Shown here in pieces: positions 31,976 through 41,066 of a stretch of DNA of 64,000 nucleotides. Source of the stretch: Meyerozyma guilliermondii (taxonomy: Eukaryota); contig CP128819.1 of the NCBI GenBank assembly GCA_051546255.1, positions 1 to 64,000 on the forward strand. Direction: 5' to 3'. The position numbers and the translations under genes are program-made. Under the pieces are notes generated by a model. It worked only from the letters and a program-made list of their open reading frames with translations. It did no database searches and was not told the DNA's origin. Every line of letters starts with the position of its first letter. The stretch's first letter is position 1.

Positions 31976-34399
31976 ATGGAAAAACGCCAACGAAAACGAA
32001 TTCACGGTCGATTTGAATGCGAGCATCCAGGGTGTGGAAGGGTCTTTTCTCGAGGCGACCACCTTTCACGTCACAAAAGAAACCACGATGTAGCTAAAAG
32101 TTACCAGTGTAACTGGCCTGGATGTGGCCGAGTTTTCGCTCGAAACGATATAAAGGAGAAACATTTTCGGCGACACAAGGAACGACAGCTCAAAAGTGGT
32201 TATGGGAGCTCAGCAAAAGTAGCGGAGAATTCAACGGTCTCCTGCGAATACGACCCCCCACCAATGGACGACCATCCTCCCCCACCATCACCCGAAGATA
32301 ACCACCAACCTTCTCCACTGTTTCAGCTGGTTCCTATAATGGACAGCAAGGGCCAAAAACCACAGACACACCCAAGATCGAGTGGTGAAAGAAACTTGGG
32401 TGAAAGTGGGGGACACAATTTGCACCCAAATGCCAATAATGGGTTGCAACAAAGTGGGGGAGATTTGGGCAAATCTCTATCTCCATCCGATCTTATCGAA
32501 TGGCTTTTTCACGATGATCTTGAGATCGGTAACCCTCCTGGACCTTCGCCAGAACGGCCATCAGGGTTTTCTCCAATGTCTTTTCTCGAGTCGATGTTTG
32601 CGGTTTCTCCAGAATTTCCCCATTCCAATACCCGCAAAAATGTCGATGAGAATATTCGTCTGGTACTCGTATCTCTCATTCCGCTGCTACAGTACAACCC
32701 AGAATTTGGTGTTCGCCAAATAGAGCGATGCCTTCAAGTTTACTGGCTTATCTACCATCCGCAATATCCAATTCTTCACAAACCGTCGTTCTCAAATTAC
32801 GATGCCCACCCGCTACTTCTTCTAGCTATGATCATGCTAGGAGCCGGTCTAAGCACTTGCACAGGCAACGATGAGCTGGCAATCTTCCACCATCCAAAAG
32901 CTCTAGCTGACGAAATAGCAGGACCTCTTCGATGGCTCATCTTGTCGAATTCAGACTGCAAACCTCCAGCCAGGCTCTGGGTGATCCAGAGCTTGCTCCT
33001 CTTAGAAACCTACGAAATCACCTCCACGACCCGGTTTCTTCATGAGCGAGCTTACTTGCACCACGGTGCCAAAATACAGCTTCTTCGAAGATCTCCAGTG
33101 CTTGGAGGAGATCCATTGAAAGACGAAGACGAAGACGAAGACGACGCATACCTTCCAGCCAACCATGTGTGGAAAAAATGGGTCGAGGTGGAGTCGATGA
33201 AAAGAGCCACCTTGATGGCTTTCTACCTCGACACCGTCCATGCCACAGTATATGGCCATATGGTAGTTCTTTATGCTCATCAGATCCGACTCTCGCTTCC
33301 CTGCGAAGACGAGCTTTGGGAGTTTGACAATGTGGGCCAAAAAACCGATTCTTTCAAAGGACTAAAAACTCCAAAATTCCTCGCAGCTCTCAAAAGCTTA
33401 CTCCACCGGCAGAAAATACCCACTTCGTCGTTTGGAAAAAAGATCTTGCTAGCAGGACTTCTCACTATAATGTTCCAAATGCAACAAAAGGATTTGCAGC
33501 TATCTTTCATCGAATGGAACTCAGTCAAAGATTCGTGGACAGATACCATTTCGCTAGCTATTGACGTCTGGAGAGTCGATATATGTACACCAGGCTGCTG
33601 CTCGACAGAAACTTCTCTTTGCTTTGCTCCAAACGATCGCAAGCTCTTACCTCCCATGCTCCGACCCGACGACCTGCGATGCAAATTTGCACTATATCAT
33701 ATCTCGCAAATCTACATGAGAATCACCCACTACGACTACATTATCTATGCTGGGGCTCCGAGCAGAATGAATGTTAAGGTGGGAGAGCACGAGTACCGCA
33801 CAGTGGAAAATCGTATACTCAAATGGTCGCAGTCTTCAGCTGGAAGAATTTCTGTTATCCATGCGTACATGTTTCTCTTTGAAATGCTACTTTCGCCCAC
33901 CAACGAAGACATAACTTACACCTACGACCCCAATTGCGACCCTTTTTTGCACCGCAAGAATATTATGGCCAGTGCCATATTGGTGATTTTCGCATACAAT
34001 TTTTCACTCGAGGGACCCGAATCCTCGCTATTTGACGAGCTTCCACCAAACGCAAATTTCTACCCTGAGAAGGAAGACGGCTATTCCTACTTGCGGCGGA
34101 TCCGTCGCCAGCTCTCCCAGGCTTCTGGAGCCCCGGTGGAAACTCCAACATATGTTGCAACCAGTAAGAACAATCCCACCAGCACCATCTACCACTCGAC
34201 CATACGGCAACATGCTGAAAACCTACCGACGGTACCCAACAAGAACCATATAGTGGGCCTCCTCAAGGTGTTTTTCAGGATGTTTGAGCGCTCCAACTGG
34301 GAAGTTGGTCTTGAATATTCGAGGCTCTTTCAAAATGCCATCGAGCGCAGTTTGGGAAGAACGAAAATTTCTTGTGATGGCATGTATTCTATCGAGTAG
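31976..34399 (+). CDS. C2H2 zinc-finger / Fungal_trans transcription factor (paralog of 1227-3432)
   Basis: Two fingers, CEHPGC..FSRGDHLSRHKRNH and CNWPGC..FARNDIKEKH..RH. YHPQYPILHKPSF, LWVIQ and LPCEDELW are shared with the first TF. Confidence 0.92.
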   Translation: MEKRQRKRIHGRFECEHPGCGRVFSRGDHLSRHKRNHDVAKSYQCNWPGCGRVFARNDIKEKHFRRHKERQLKSGYGSSAKVAENSTVSCEYDPPPMDDHPPPPSPEDNHQPSPLFQLVPIMDSKGQKPQTHPRSSGERNLGESGGHNLHPNANNGLQQSGGDLGKSLSPSDLIEWLFHDDLEIGNPPGPSPERPSGFSPMSFLESMFAVSPEFPHSNTRKNVDENIRLVLVSLIPLLQYNPEFGVRQIERCLQVYWLIYHPQYPILHKPSFSNYDAHPLLLLAMIMLGAGLSTCTGNDELAIFHHPKALADEIAGPLRWLILSNSDCKPPARLWVIQSLLLLETYEITSTTRFLHERAYLHHGAKIQLLRRSPVLGGDPLKDEDEDEDDAYLPANHVWKKWVEVESMKRATLMAFYLDTVHATVYGHMVVLYAHQIRLSLPCEDELWEFDNVGQKTDSFKGLKTPKFLAALKSLLHRQKIPTSSFGKKILLAGLLTIMFQMQQKDLQLSFIEWNSVKDSWTDTISLAIDVWRVDICTPGCCSTETSLCFAPNDRKLLPPMLRPDDLRCKFALYHISQIYMRITHYDYIIYAGAPSRMNVKVGEHEYRTVENRILKWSQSSAGRISVIHAYMFLFEMLLSPTNEDITYTYDPNCDPFLHRKNIMASAILVIFAYNFSLEGPESSLFDELPPNANFYPEKEDGYSYLRRIRRQLSQASGAPVETPTYVATSKNNPTSTIYHSTIRQHAENLPTVPNKNHIVGLLKVFFRMFERSNWEVGLEYSRLFQNAIERSLGRTKISCDGMYSIE

Positions 34400-34400
34400 T

Positions 34401-35468
34401 CTAGCTATAAAGTGCTTCCCTAGCAGCAGATGTAGTATCCCTGACCAAATCACGGCCCTGAGGCATCACGGCGTCCATAACCATGGCAGGATGGGGCATT
34501 CCTGGGTAGATCACGATGGAGGTCTTGACTCCATTTTTTTTCAATTTGTCGGCATACGCTTCTGCTTCAGAACGCAAAACGTCACATTCACAGCAAGCTA
34601 TGAAGCATGGAGGCAACTTGGCAAAACTTTCGTCGGGGTAAAATAATGGAGACGATTCTGGCTCAGCGTGCTCTCCATTCTGGAGATATAGGCGACGATA
34701 CCAGAGCATTTTTTCCGCTGGAAGTTGTGGAGTATGTTCATTTTCGCCCCACGAAGGCATGGTTTGTGCCGTGGCAGTGTTATCGGTGACTGGAACCACC
34801 ATATAATGAAATTTCACCGGTGGAAATTCTTTGCAAATTTCAGAATTCACATACTTGTGAGTAACAATTCCCGTTAAGTTTCCACCAGCAGACGAACCAG
34901 CCACGCAAATCCTGGTGTTGTCTATGCCAAGCTCCGTAGGTCCGCTCTCAAAACCCCAGAGCAATGCCTCGTAAGCATCGTGAACGGCGGCTGGATATGG
35001 ATCTTGCGGAGCCAATCGGTAGTCCACCGACACAACTATACTCTTGGCATTGTCGGCCACTTTTGTACAATATGAGTTTTCGGTGCCTATTCCGCCAAGA
35101 ACCCATCCTCCACCATGGTACCAGATCACCAACGGCCACCCATCAGCAGGCGCTTCACCGTGGGGAACGAATACTCTCGCGGGAATCGGCTTGGGAGCCT
35201 GGGTATGTTTCCGAGGAATTTCAATGTCAAAAATTTTAGCCATATCATTCATTGGAGTCTGACCAGGTATAACATTGCCGGCGCTCCTCAATTCCTCCAA
35301 GGGAACTCGGTGGGTGTACACAATGTTGGCATTGGAACTCAAGGTGGAGTTGAAAAATTTCACGTACTCCGGATCCAACTTGTCGATCATCGACTCATGG
35401 ATACGAAATGGGGTCGGAGGAACTCCCCCGGCAAAGGAGTGGTCGTCTTGAAGGGTATACTCGGGCAT
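34401..35468 (-). CDS. Alpha/beta hydrolase fold-3 (HSL-like), paralog of 7663-8682
   Basis: HGGGWVLG, VDYRLAP, GSSAGGNL, VPVTDNTA and LPAEKM.WYR are shared with the first copy. Confidence 0.92.
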   Translation of the reverse strand: MPEYTLQDDHSFAGGVPPTPFRIHESMIDKLDPEYVKFFNSTLSSNANIVYTHRVPLEELRSAGNVIPGQTPMNDMAKIFDIEIPRKHTQAPKPIPARVFVPHGEAPADGWPLVIWYHGGGWVLGGIGTENSYCTKVADNAKSIVVSVDYRLAPQDPYPAAVHDAYEALLWGFESGPTELGIDNTRICVAGSSAGGNLTGIVTHKYVNSEICKEFPPVKFHYMVVPVTDNTATAQTMPSWGENEHTPQLPAEKMLWYRRLYLQNGEHAEPESSPLFYPDESFAKLPPCFIACCECDVLRSEAEAYADKLKKNGVKTSIVIYPGMPHPAMVMDAVMPQGRDLVRDTTSAAREALYS

Positions 35469-35845
35469 TGGCTTATCTGCTGGATTTTTGATTTAAATAT
35501 GATGGAGAGTGTGGGGATGGTGGAGGCCGGTGCGAGCGAGTATGTGCGCCGCCACCAAACAAAATGGTGGGGGCGCGAGATAAGCTCAGAGATAAGATAA
35601 GGAAACATGTGAGATTTGGAGTTGAAGTGCCACTCATGAGCAATTGCGCCATGTACCATTTTGGGCACTTTTCGTAGCCAGAAGCATGTCTATACTACTA
35701 AAAATCGCCTGATACACTGCCAAATTCTTACCCCACATTTCGGCATTTGGTGGGGGGCGTCAAATGGCGGCTCCTGTATGCAGTGCGTTATCGGCAATTG
35801 ACATTTTTTGGGTATTTAACTAAGCGACCGGTGAAAAATACCAAA

Positions 35846-37108
35846 ATGCCATTTTGTTCCGATTTCAATACTCTTCCCGATAAGCAGGCGCTTGTGGCGC
35901 ACTTTAAAGGAGCCAAAATCTCGGAGTTGCCCACCCCGAACTTTGTGGTTGATCGGAAAATTTTCCGTCGGAATTGCGAGCTGATGTTGGAAAATGCCCG
36001 TAAGTTGAACGCAGCGTTTCGGGCACACGTGAAAACCCACAAGACGGTTGAGGGGACGGAATTGCAACTTGGGAGTGGAAAACTGACCACCGATCGTGTG
36101 GTGGTGTCGACTTTGAGAGAGGCATGGATGGTGATGCCGTTGGTCAAGGCAGGTAAGATCAACGATATCCACTTCAGTTTGCCTATTTATGAGTCCACGC
36201 TCGACGAGCTTGTTGCCGTGAGCACCCAGGTTCCACATTTGAGAGTGATGTTGGACAATCCCGAGCAATTGGATATGTTGGCAGCGTACAACAAGGGCCA
36301 TACTCATGCGAAGAAATGGTCAATTTATATCAAAATCAATATGGGTACCAACCGAGCCGGGCTCATCAACGACACAGAGAACCTCCACAAAACCATCGTG
36401 AAAGCATTGAGTCCTGAAGTCAAGTGTGCAGTGGAAATTTATGGATTTTATTGTCACGCTGGGCACTCATACAGCTCGAAAACCGAAGATGCTGCGAAAG
36501 ATTTTTTGCTCCAGGAAATCACCCATGCTCACAAAGCCACCAAAGAAGCACTCAAAATTGATCCTAGCTTGCAATTGCACATGTCTGTTGGAGCCACACC
36601 CACGGCTCATGCTTCTGAGTGTTTATCTGTTGAGGAAATGGAACAAAAGTTGGGCGAGCCACTCGCAGCAAAGTTGGAATTGCATGCTGGGAACTATCCA
36701 TTTTGTGATTTGCAACAAGTAGCCACCAATTGTGTCGGCTACCAAGATGTCTCCATCAAGCTCTATGCGGACGTTGTTTCGACCTATTCTGGCCGTGGAA
36801 ATAAAGGTCCAGGTGAGCAATTGATCAATGCCGGAGCCATAGCTTTAGCGAGAGAAACTGGTCCTATGCCTGGTCATGGAAGAATAGTCGAACCAGCAGG
36901 CTACGAAAACTGGATCGTGGGCCGTTTGAGTCAAGAACATGGAATCTTGGTTGCTGAAGAAGATAAACCGACAGATTTCATTCCTATAGGAACCCGAGTT
37001 GGAGTGGTTCCCCAGCATAGTTGTATCACTGCTGCTGCTCACCCATGGTTCTACGTGGTGGAGGGAAACGAGGTAGTGGATGTGTGGGTTCCATGGAGGG
37101 GGTGGTAA
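35846..37108 (+). CDS. DSD1: Dsd1-like fold-type III PLP/Zn enzyme (D-serine dehydratase / D-threonine aldolase / D-glucosaminate dehydratase family)
   Basis: FRAHVKTHKT (PLP Lys), YCHAGHSY, GATPT, ELHAGNY...DLQQ, LSQEHG and PQHSC (Zn ligands). The substrate is not established. Confidence 0.85.
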   Translation: MPFCSDFNTLPDKQALVAHFKGAKISELPTPNFVVDRKIFRRNCELMLENARKLNAAFRAHVKTHKTVEGTELQLGSGKLTTDRVVVSTLREAWMVMPLVKAGKINDIHFSLPIYESTLDELVAVSTQVPHLRVMLDNPEQLDMLAAYNKGHTHAKKWSIYIKINMGTNRAGLINDTENLHKTIVKALSPEVKCAVEIYGFYCHAGHSYSSKTEDAAKDFLLQEITHAHKATKEALKIDPSLQLHMSVGATPTAHASECLSVEEMEQKLGEPLAAKLELHAGNYPFCDLQQVATNCVGYQDVSIKLYADVVSTYSGRGNKGPGEQLINAGAIALARETGPMPGHGRIVEPAGYENWIVGRLSQEHGILVAEEDKPTDFIPIGTRVGVVPQHSCITAAAHPWFYVVEGNEVVDVWVPWRGW

Positions 37109-37529
37109 AAAAAGGGAAAGAAAAAAACGAATTAGAGATTGAAGAGAAAATGAGATCATTGTCATGTTGAAAACTTCATATATGAGTAGAGGAAGTGAAG
37201 AGAATGGAGCACAGTCGAGAGAGATGGACAATAAATCATAAATACTGTACTTTTTATTTGCAACCAAGTTGAAGAATGGTCTTAATGGCTGCAAAAAAAT
37301 AATAGTTCTCCTTTTCATCCGACAAAAAGATAACCCTGACTCATTTACCTGTTTGATGATTTATGTGGAAGGTATAGATTTCGAATTAGCCAAGTTTGAA
37401 TATCTACATTTTGCACAGTGAATTGAGAAGTATTTTTATATTGGCTGCGAAATTGTTCCTACTCGTTTAGAGTTAAAATTTATATGAACTGAATTCGTCT
37501 GAAAATCCTTTTGATATGGTTCATAAACA

Positions 37530-37680
37530 ACCCAAGGTTCTGGTCCTAATCTTTGGATCTTGGTCAACAAGAGTATTCGATGTTGCAATGGTAAATTTTG
37601 CACCCACAATTTTAGGAGCCGCGAATTAGACTCAGCGGTTATAATTACCATATTACTAGTCAGAATAATTGTAGACAACA
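37530..37680 (-). pseudogene. Decayed fragment of the DapA-like aldolase gene
   Basis: CTAATCTTTGGATCTTG..CAACAAGAGTAT...GTAAATTTTGCACC.ACAATTTTAGGA matches 39850-40035 with indels. Confidence 0.8.
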
Positions 37681-37951
37681 TTTGAAACATCCAAAGTCAA
37701 GTTCATGTTCATCATTAAGGTTAACCAGTAAGCGAAACCATTACAACTTTGAAGTTGATGCACCTTTAATTGCTTCGAAAGTGAAGTACAGATAGTTCCA
37801 ACGTTGGATCCTTTCTTTAAAACTTGAGTATATGACCAATTTCCTTAGCCATGACTTCATCTCAGGTGTTCTCCAATAATACTATCAAATGAGTTATACC
37901 ACCAATTATCGTCAACAGAGTCTTTAACAATATTTTTTTGTAGATATCTCC

Positions 37952-38251
37952 TTATCCAAGGTAATAGTCAGATAATTTTTCAGTGAGTAAAGAACTATCA
38001 AGACCCAGCATGGTTAATACTTGTGTTAAGAGTTGTTGATCTTCTGGATTCAATTCACCTCGAAATCGATCAGCATTTGTATAAGTAGTTTTTGGGTTTA
38101 TTTTGGCCAAGTTGACATAGGTTTTGTCGCCGAATTCAAGCATATTAATGCTGACTCTAAAGTCTTCTGGATCGTGATAAAAATGATAATTATCAGTGAG
38201 TGCTGTCACGACTGTAAGCGTGACAAGTGAAAGCAATTGTTTGAATAACAT
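37952..38251 (-). CDS. Small putative secreted protein (99 aa), unknown function
   Basis: ATG at 38251 begins a signal-peptide-like MLFKQLLSLVTLTVVTA. No recognisable domain. Confidence 0.45.
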   Translation of the reverse strand: MLFKQLLSLVTLTVVTALTDNYHFYHDPEDFRVSINMLEFGDKTYVNLAKINPKTTYTNADRFRGELNPEDQQLLTQVLTMLGLDSSLLTEKLSDYYLG

Positions 38252-38860
38252 TGATATTTGGTTCAAAGTTGGTCTAAGCTTTAGACCAGTAACCCTTATG
38301 ACTTTCAATCTATCAGACCAAAAGACTATAGTTTTTATGGGTGAAACTGAGTTTGTCTAAAGCGTTCACGATTAATGTGAGAGTGTAGAGTATATGAATG
38401 CACTTTTCTTTGATAGTATAATTCCTAACAACGGTTACACAATATTTCTCAATTTCGGTGGAGTTTCACCACAACTTTGACCCTTTTATAGGCTCAAGTG
38501 GGCTTAGTCGGCATCCATAATCGGCTGTCATGGACTTCATGACATAATCCTGATTAACTAGGCTTAGCTTAGCGAGAATGCAGCGCGGTTAAAGTACGAC
38601 AGTCTCGGCTTACTAAGCCGACCTTGGGAGCTAAAAAGGAAGTCTCTGCTCTGTAAAAGTTAATTAGTTCATAGACTAAAGTAACGCATAAGTTCACAGT
38701 AAACAGCCTCATGTAATCTATGTCGGTTGATCTACGTTTCAACACATAATCAGCTGCCATCCACAATTCTCCCTTTGACATTTAGTGTTCCTCGTAAATC
38801 TATCTGGTGCATCTTAACTGACGATGCCTGCATAACTAATGAGGTGCTGCATTTTCAAAA

Positions 38861-38985
38861 TTATCGCAATTGACAGTTCTGGTATTCTAAGCAAAGCGTG
38901 AAATACCAAAATGCAATCTGGTGCATAGTTGTCCTACAGTGGTTCTACTTGGTGGGGGGTGACGAGGTTGTAGATGTGTGGTGAG
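38861..38985 (+). pseudogene. Internally deleted relic of the Dsd1-like gene
   Basis: 38861-38915 matches the DSD1 leader and start (AAATACCAAAATGC). It is joined to a copy of the DSD1 3' end (GCATAGTTGT...GGTTCTAC...GATGTGTGG). Confidence 0.75.
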
Positions 38986-39518
38986 AAAAGAGAGAGAGAA
39001 AATGAGAAAGAGAAAGGAGATTGAAGAGAAAATGAGATTATTGTCATGTTGAAAATTTCATATATGAATAGAGAAGAAGAATATAAGGCCAAGAGTAGTT
39101 TTAGGAGGTGGAGTCATAAAAAATCAAAGAATAAGCAAATCTATACTATTTTTTGCAACCGCAAGTTGAAAGAGTGGTCATAATATTGGCTGCAAAAAAG
39201 ATAATGTTCTTCTTTTTATGAGTTAGCTGAACGATAGCCTTGACTAGTTTGCATGTTTTAGATGATTTCTGTGGAAGGGTATAGATTTCGATATTTAGCA
39301 AGTATGAACATCTACATTTTCACAGTGAATTGAGAACATCATGTTGGCTGCGAAAAACAATTTTCAGGCTTTTAGAGTTTACGATTCAAATATTGAATTC
39401 ATCTGAATGGCTCTTTGTTTGATACGGTTCACTAGCTGATTATTTTCGTTTCTTATAATTACAAAATTATAATTTTTGCAAAATTTCAAGAATTTTTTCT
39501 TGAAAATATTTGGTTTAT

Positions 39519-40478
39519 TTATGCTAACGAGTCTTCAACCTCCTTCAACGCCTTCAAATCACCCTGGAACTTATTATAAGCCTCAACAGTAAAGTAATGG
39601 TTCAATGGTGGTCTGGCAGTAAGACCAGTTCCAAACCCATACAACTCTTTCAACGCATACTTGACTCCATTAATATTGAGTTCACCCACCAATTTTTCAG
39701 CTCGATTGACCAAAAGTTGAAGTTTTGCAGCCTCCTGCAACTCTCCACGGTTGTAAAGGGTTTGCAAGTGAACCAAAGATTTGGGAAATACTGCTGAAAG
39801 TCCATCAATGGCACCATAGAACCCTACGGTTAAAGCAGGCAATAATACCTGACCCAAGCCGGTAAATAACCGAAAGTTTTGGGTTCTAATCTTTGGATCT
39901 TGAGCAACAAGAGTATATTCGTCAATGTTGCAATGAGTAAATTTTGCACCGACAATTTTAGGATGAGCCGCAAGCTTTTTATAAGATTCAGCGGTGATAG
40001 AAACCATATTACTGGTGCCAGGATAATTGTAAATTAACACAGGTAAAGCAGATTTGTCTGCTACACGAGTAAAGTAGTCGACAATTCCAGCTTGTGACGT
40101 GAGATTTGGACCGAAAAATCCTGGTACCAATACAATGAAAAAATCGGCTCCAGCGTCTTTTGCCGATTGCGATTCTTCAACAATTTCAGATACATTAGCC
40201 ATGGAAGGAGCACCAGCAATAATCTTGAATTCCGAGTCAGAAATGGCATTGCGAACCGCAGCAACAACATCGTGTCTTTCTTTTCTTGTCAAATGAGCTG
40301 CTTCACCCATAGAACCACAAACAAGTAAACCTTGAATTTTCAGTTCGTAGAGAAATTTTGCATGTTTAACTTGAGACTCCAAATCCAAAAATTGGTCATC
40401 TTTTTGGAAAAAGGTGGTTACTGGGGTATAAATACCAGCAGGTACAATATCATTAGAAACGGTCATTGGAGAAAACAT
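39519..40478 (-). CDS. DapA/DHDPS-like class I aldolase (KDG/HOG aldolase-type)
   Basis: GIYTPV.TFF, GSMGE, S.LPV.IYNYPG and HP.IVGAK.T (Schiff-base Lys) motifs. Confidence 0.9.
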   Translation of the reverse strand: MFSPMTVSNDIVPAGIYTPVTTFFQKDDQFLDLESQVKHAKFLYELKIQGLLVCGSMGEAAHLTRKERHDVVAAVRNAISDSEFKIIAGAPSMANVSEIVEESQSAKDAGADFFIVLVPGFFGPNLTSQAGIVDYFTRVADKSALPVLIYNYPGTSNMVSITAESYKKLAAHPKIVGAKFTHCNIDEYTLVAQDPKIRTQNFRLFTGLGQVLLPALTVGFYGAIDGLSAVFPKSLVHLQTLYNRGELQEAAKLQLLVNRAEKLVGELNINGVKYALKELYGFGTGLTARPPLNHYFTVEAYNKFQGDLKALKEVEDSLA

Positions 40479-40502
40479 GAATAGAGGAGAATATATAAGT
40501 TA

Positions 40503-40590
40503 ACCCCACCGCCCCACAGTCCCCACAGTGCCCCCACCGCCCACCACCAATCAACCACCCACCAACTGAATGGTGGGGGCCCCCACCACC
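40503..40590. promoter_or_regulatory. CCCCAC array plus the 18-bp perfect palindrome TGGTGGGGGCCCCCACCA upstream of the aldolase
   Basis: CCCCAC at 40504, 40512, 40521 and 40532; palindrome at 40571-40588. Confidence 0.7.
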
Positions 40591-41066
40591 ATACAGGACC
40601 TCGATCACATCCACACACCATCGCCGGTCACACCCACACCTCAAATTCGCAACACGCCCTCGATTGGGTTTATGCACCGCGCCCTCGGACCCATGCAAGT
40701 CACCATAACTAACTTACCCATTCTCCTCCTAAATTCACAGCCAACAACCCAAAAATACCCGAGAAACCACTCAAATAACCCTCTCTTCTCCCTCTTTCCG
40801 TTGTCACTACTCCCACTCCCAATTTCGCCGCCAAAAATTGCCCATCTCATAACATGTATCCTGCATGCAGCCCCCGTTTTTCCTATGCGTGCGGCGTCGT
40901 AACTGGTCCAATTACGAGGGATAAACAACAGATGGCTTGCATAACGCGTTTGTCTTGCATCATGCATCATGTGGCGTGAAATAATTTGGCTGCCAAATTT
41001 TTAATATAAAAAGAGGACTTTTCTTCAATTTAAAGTTTTTCTTCTTAAGAATTTGGTTGTTTTTCA

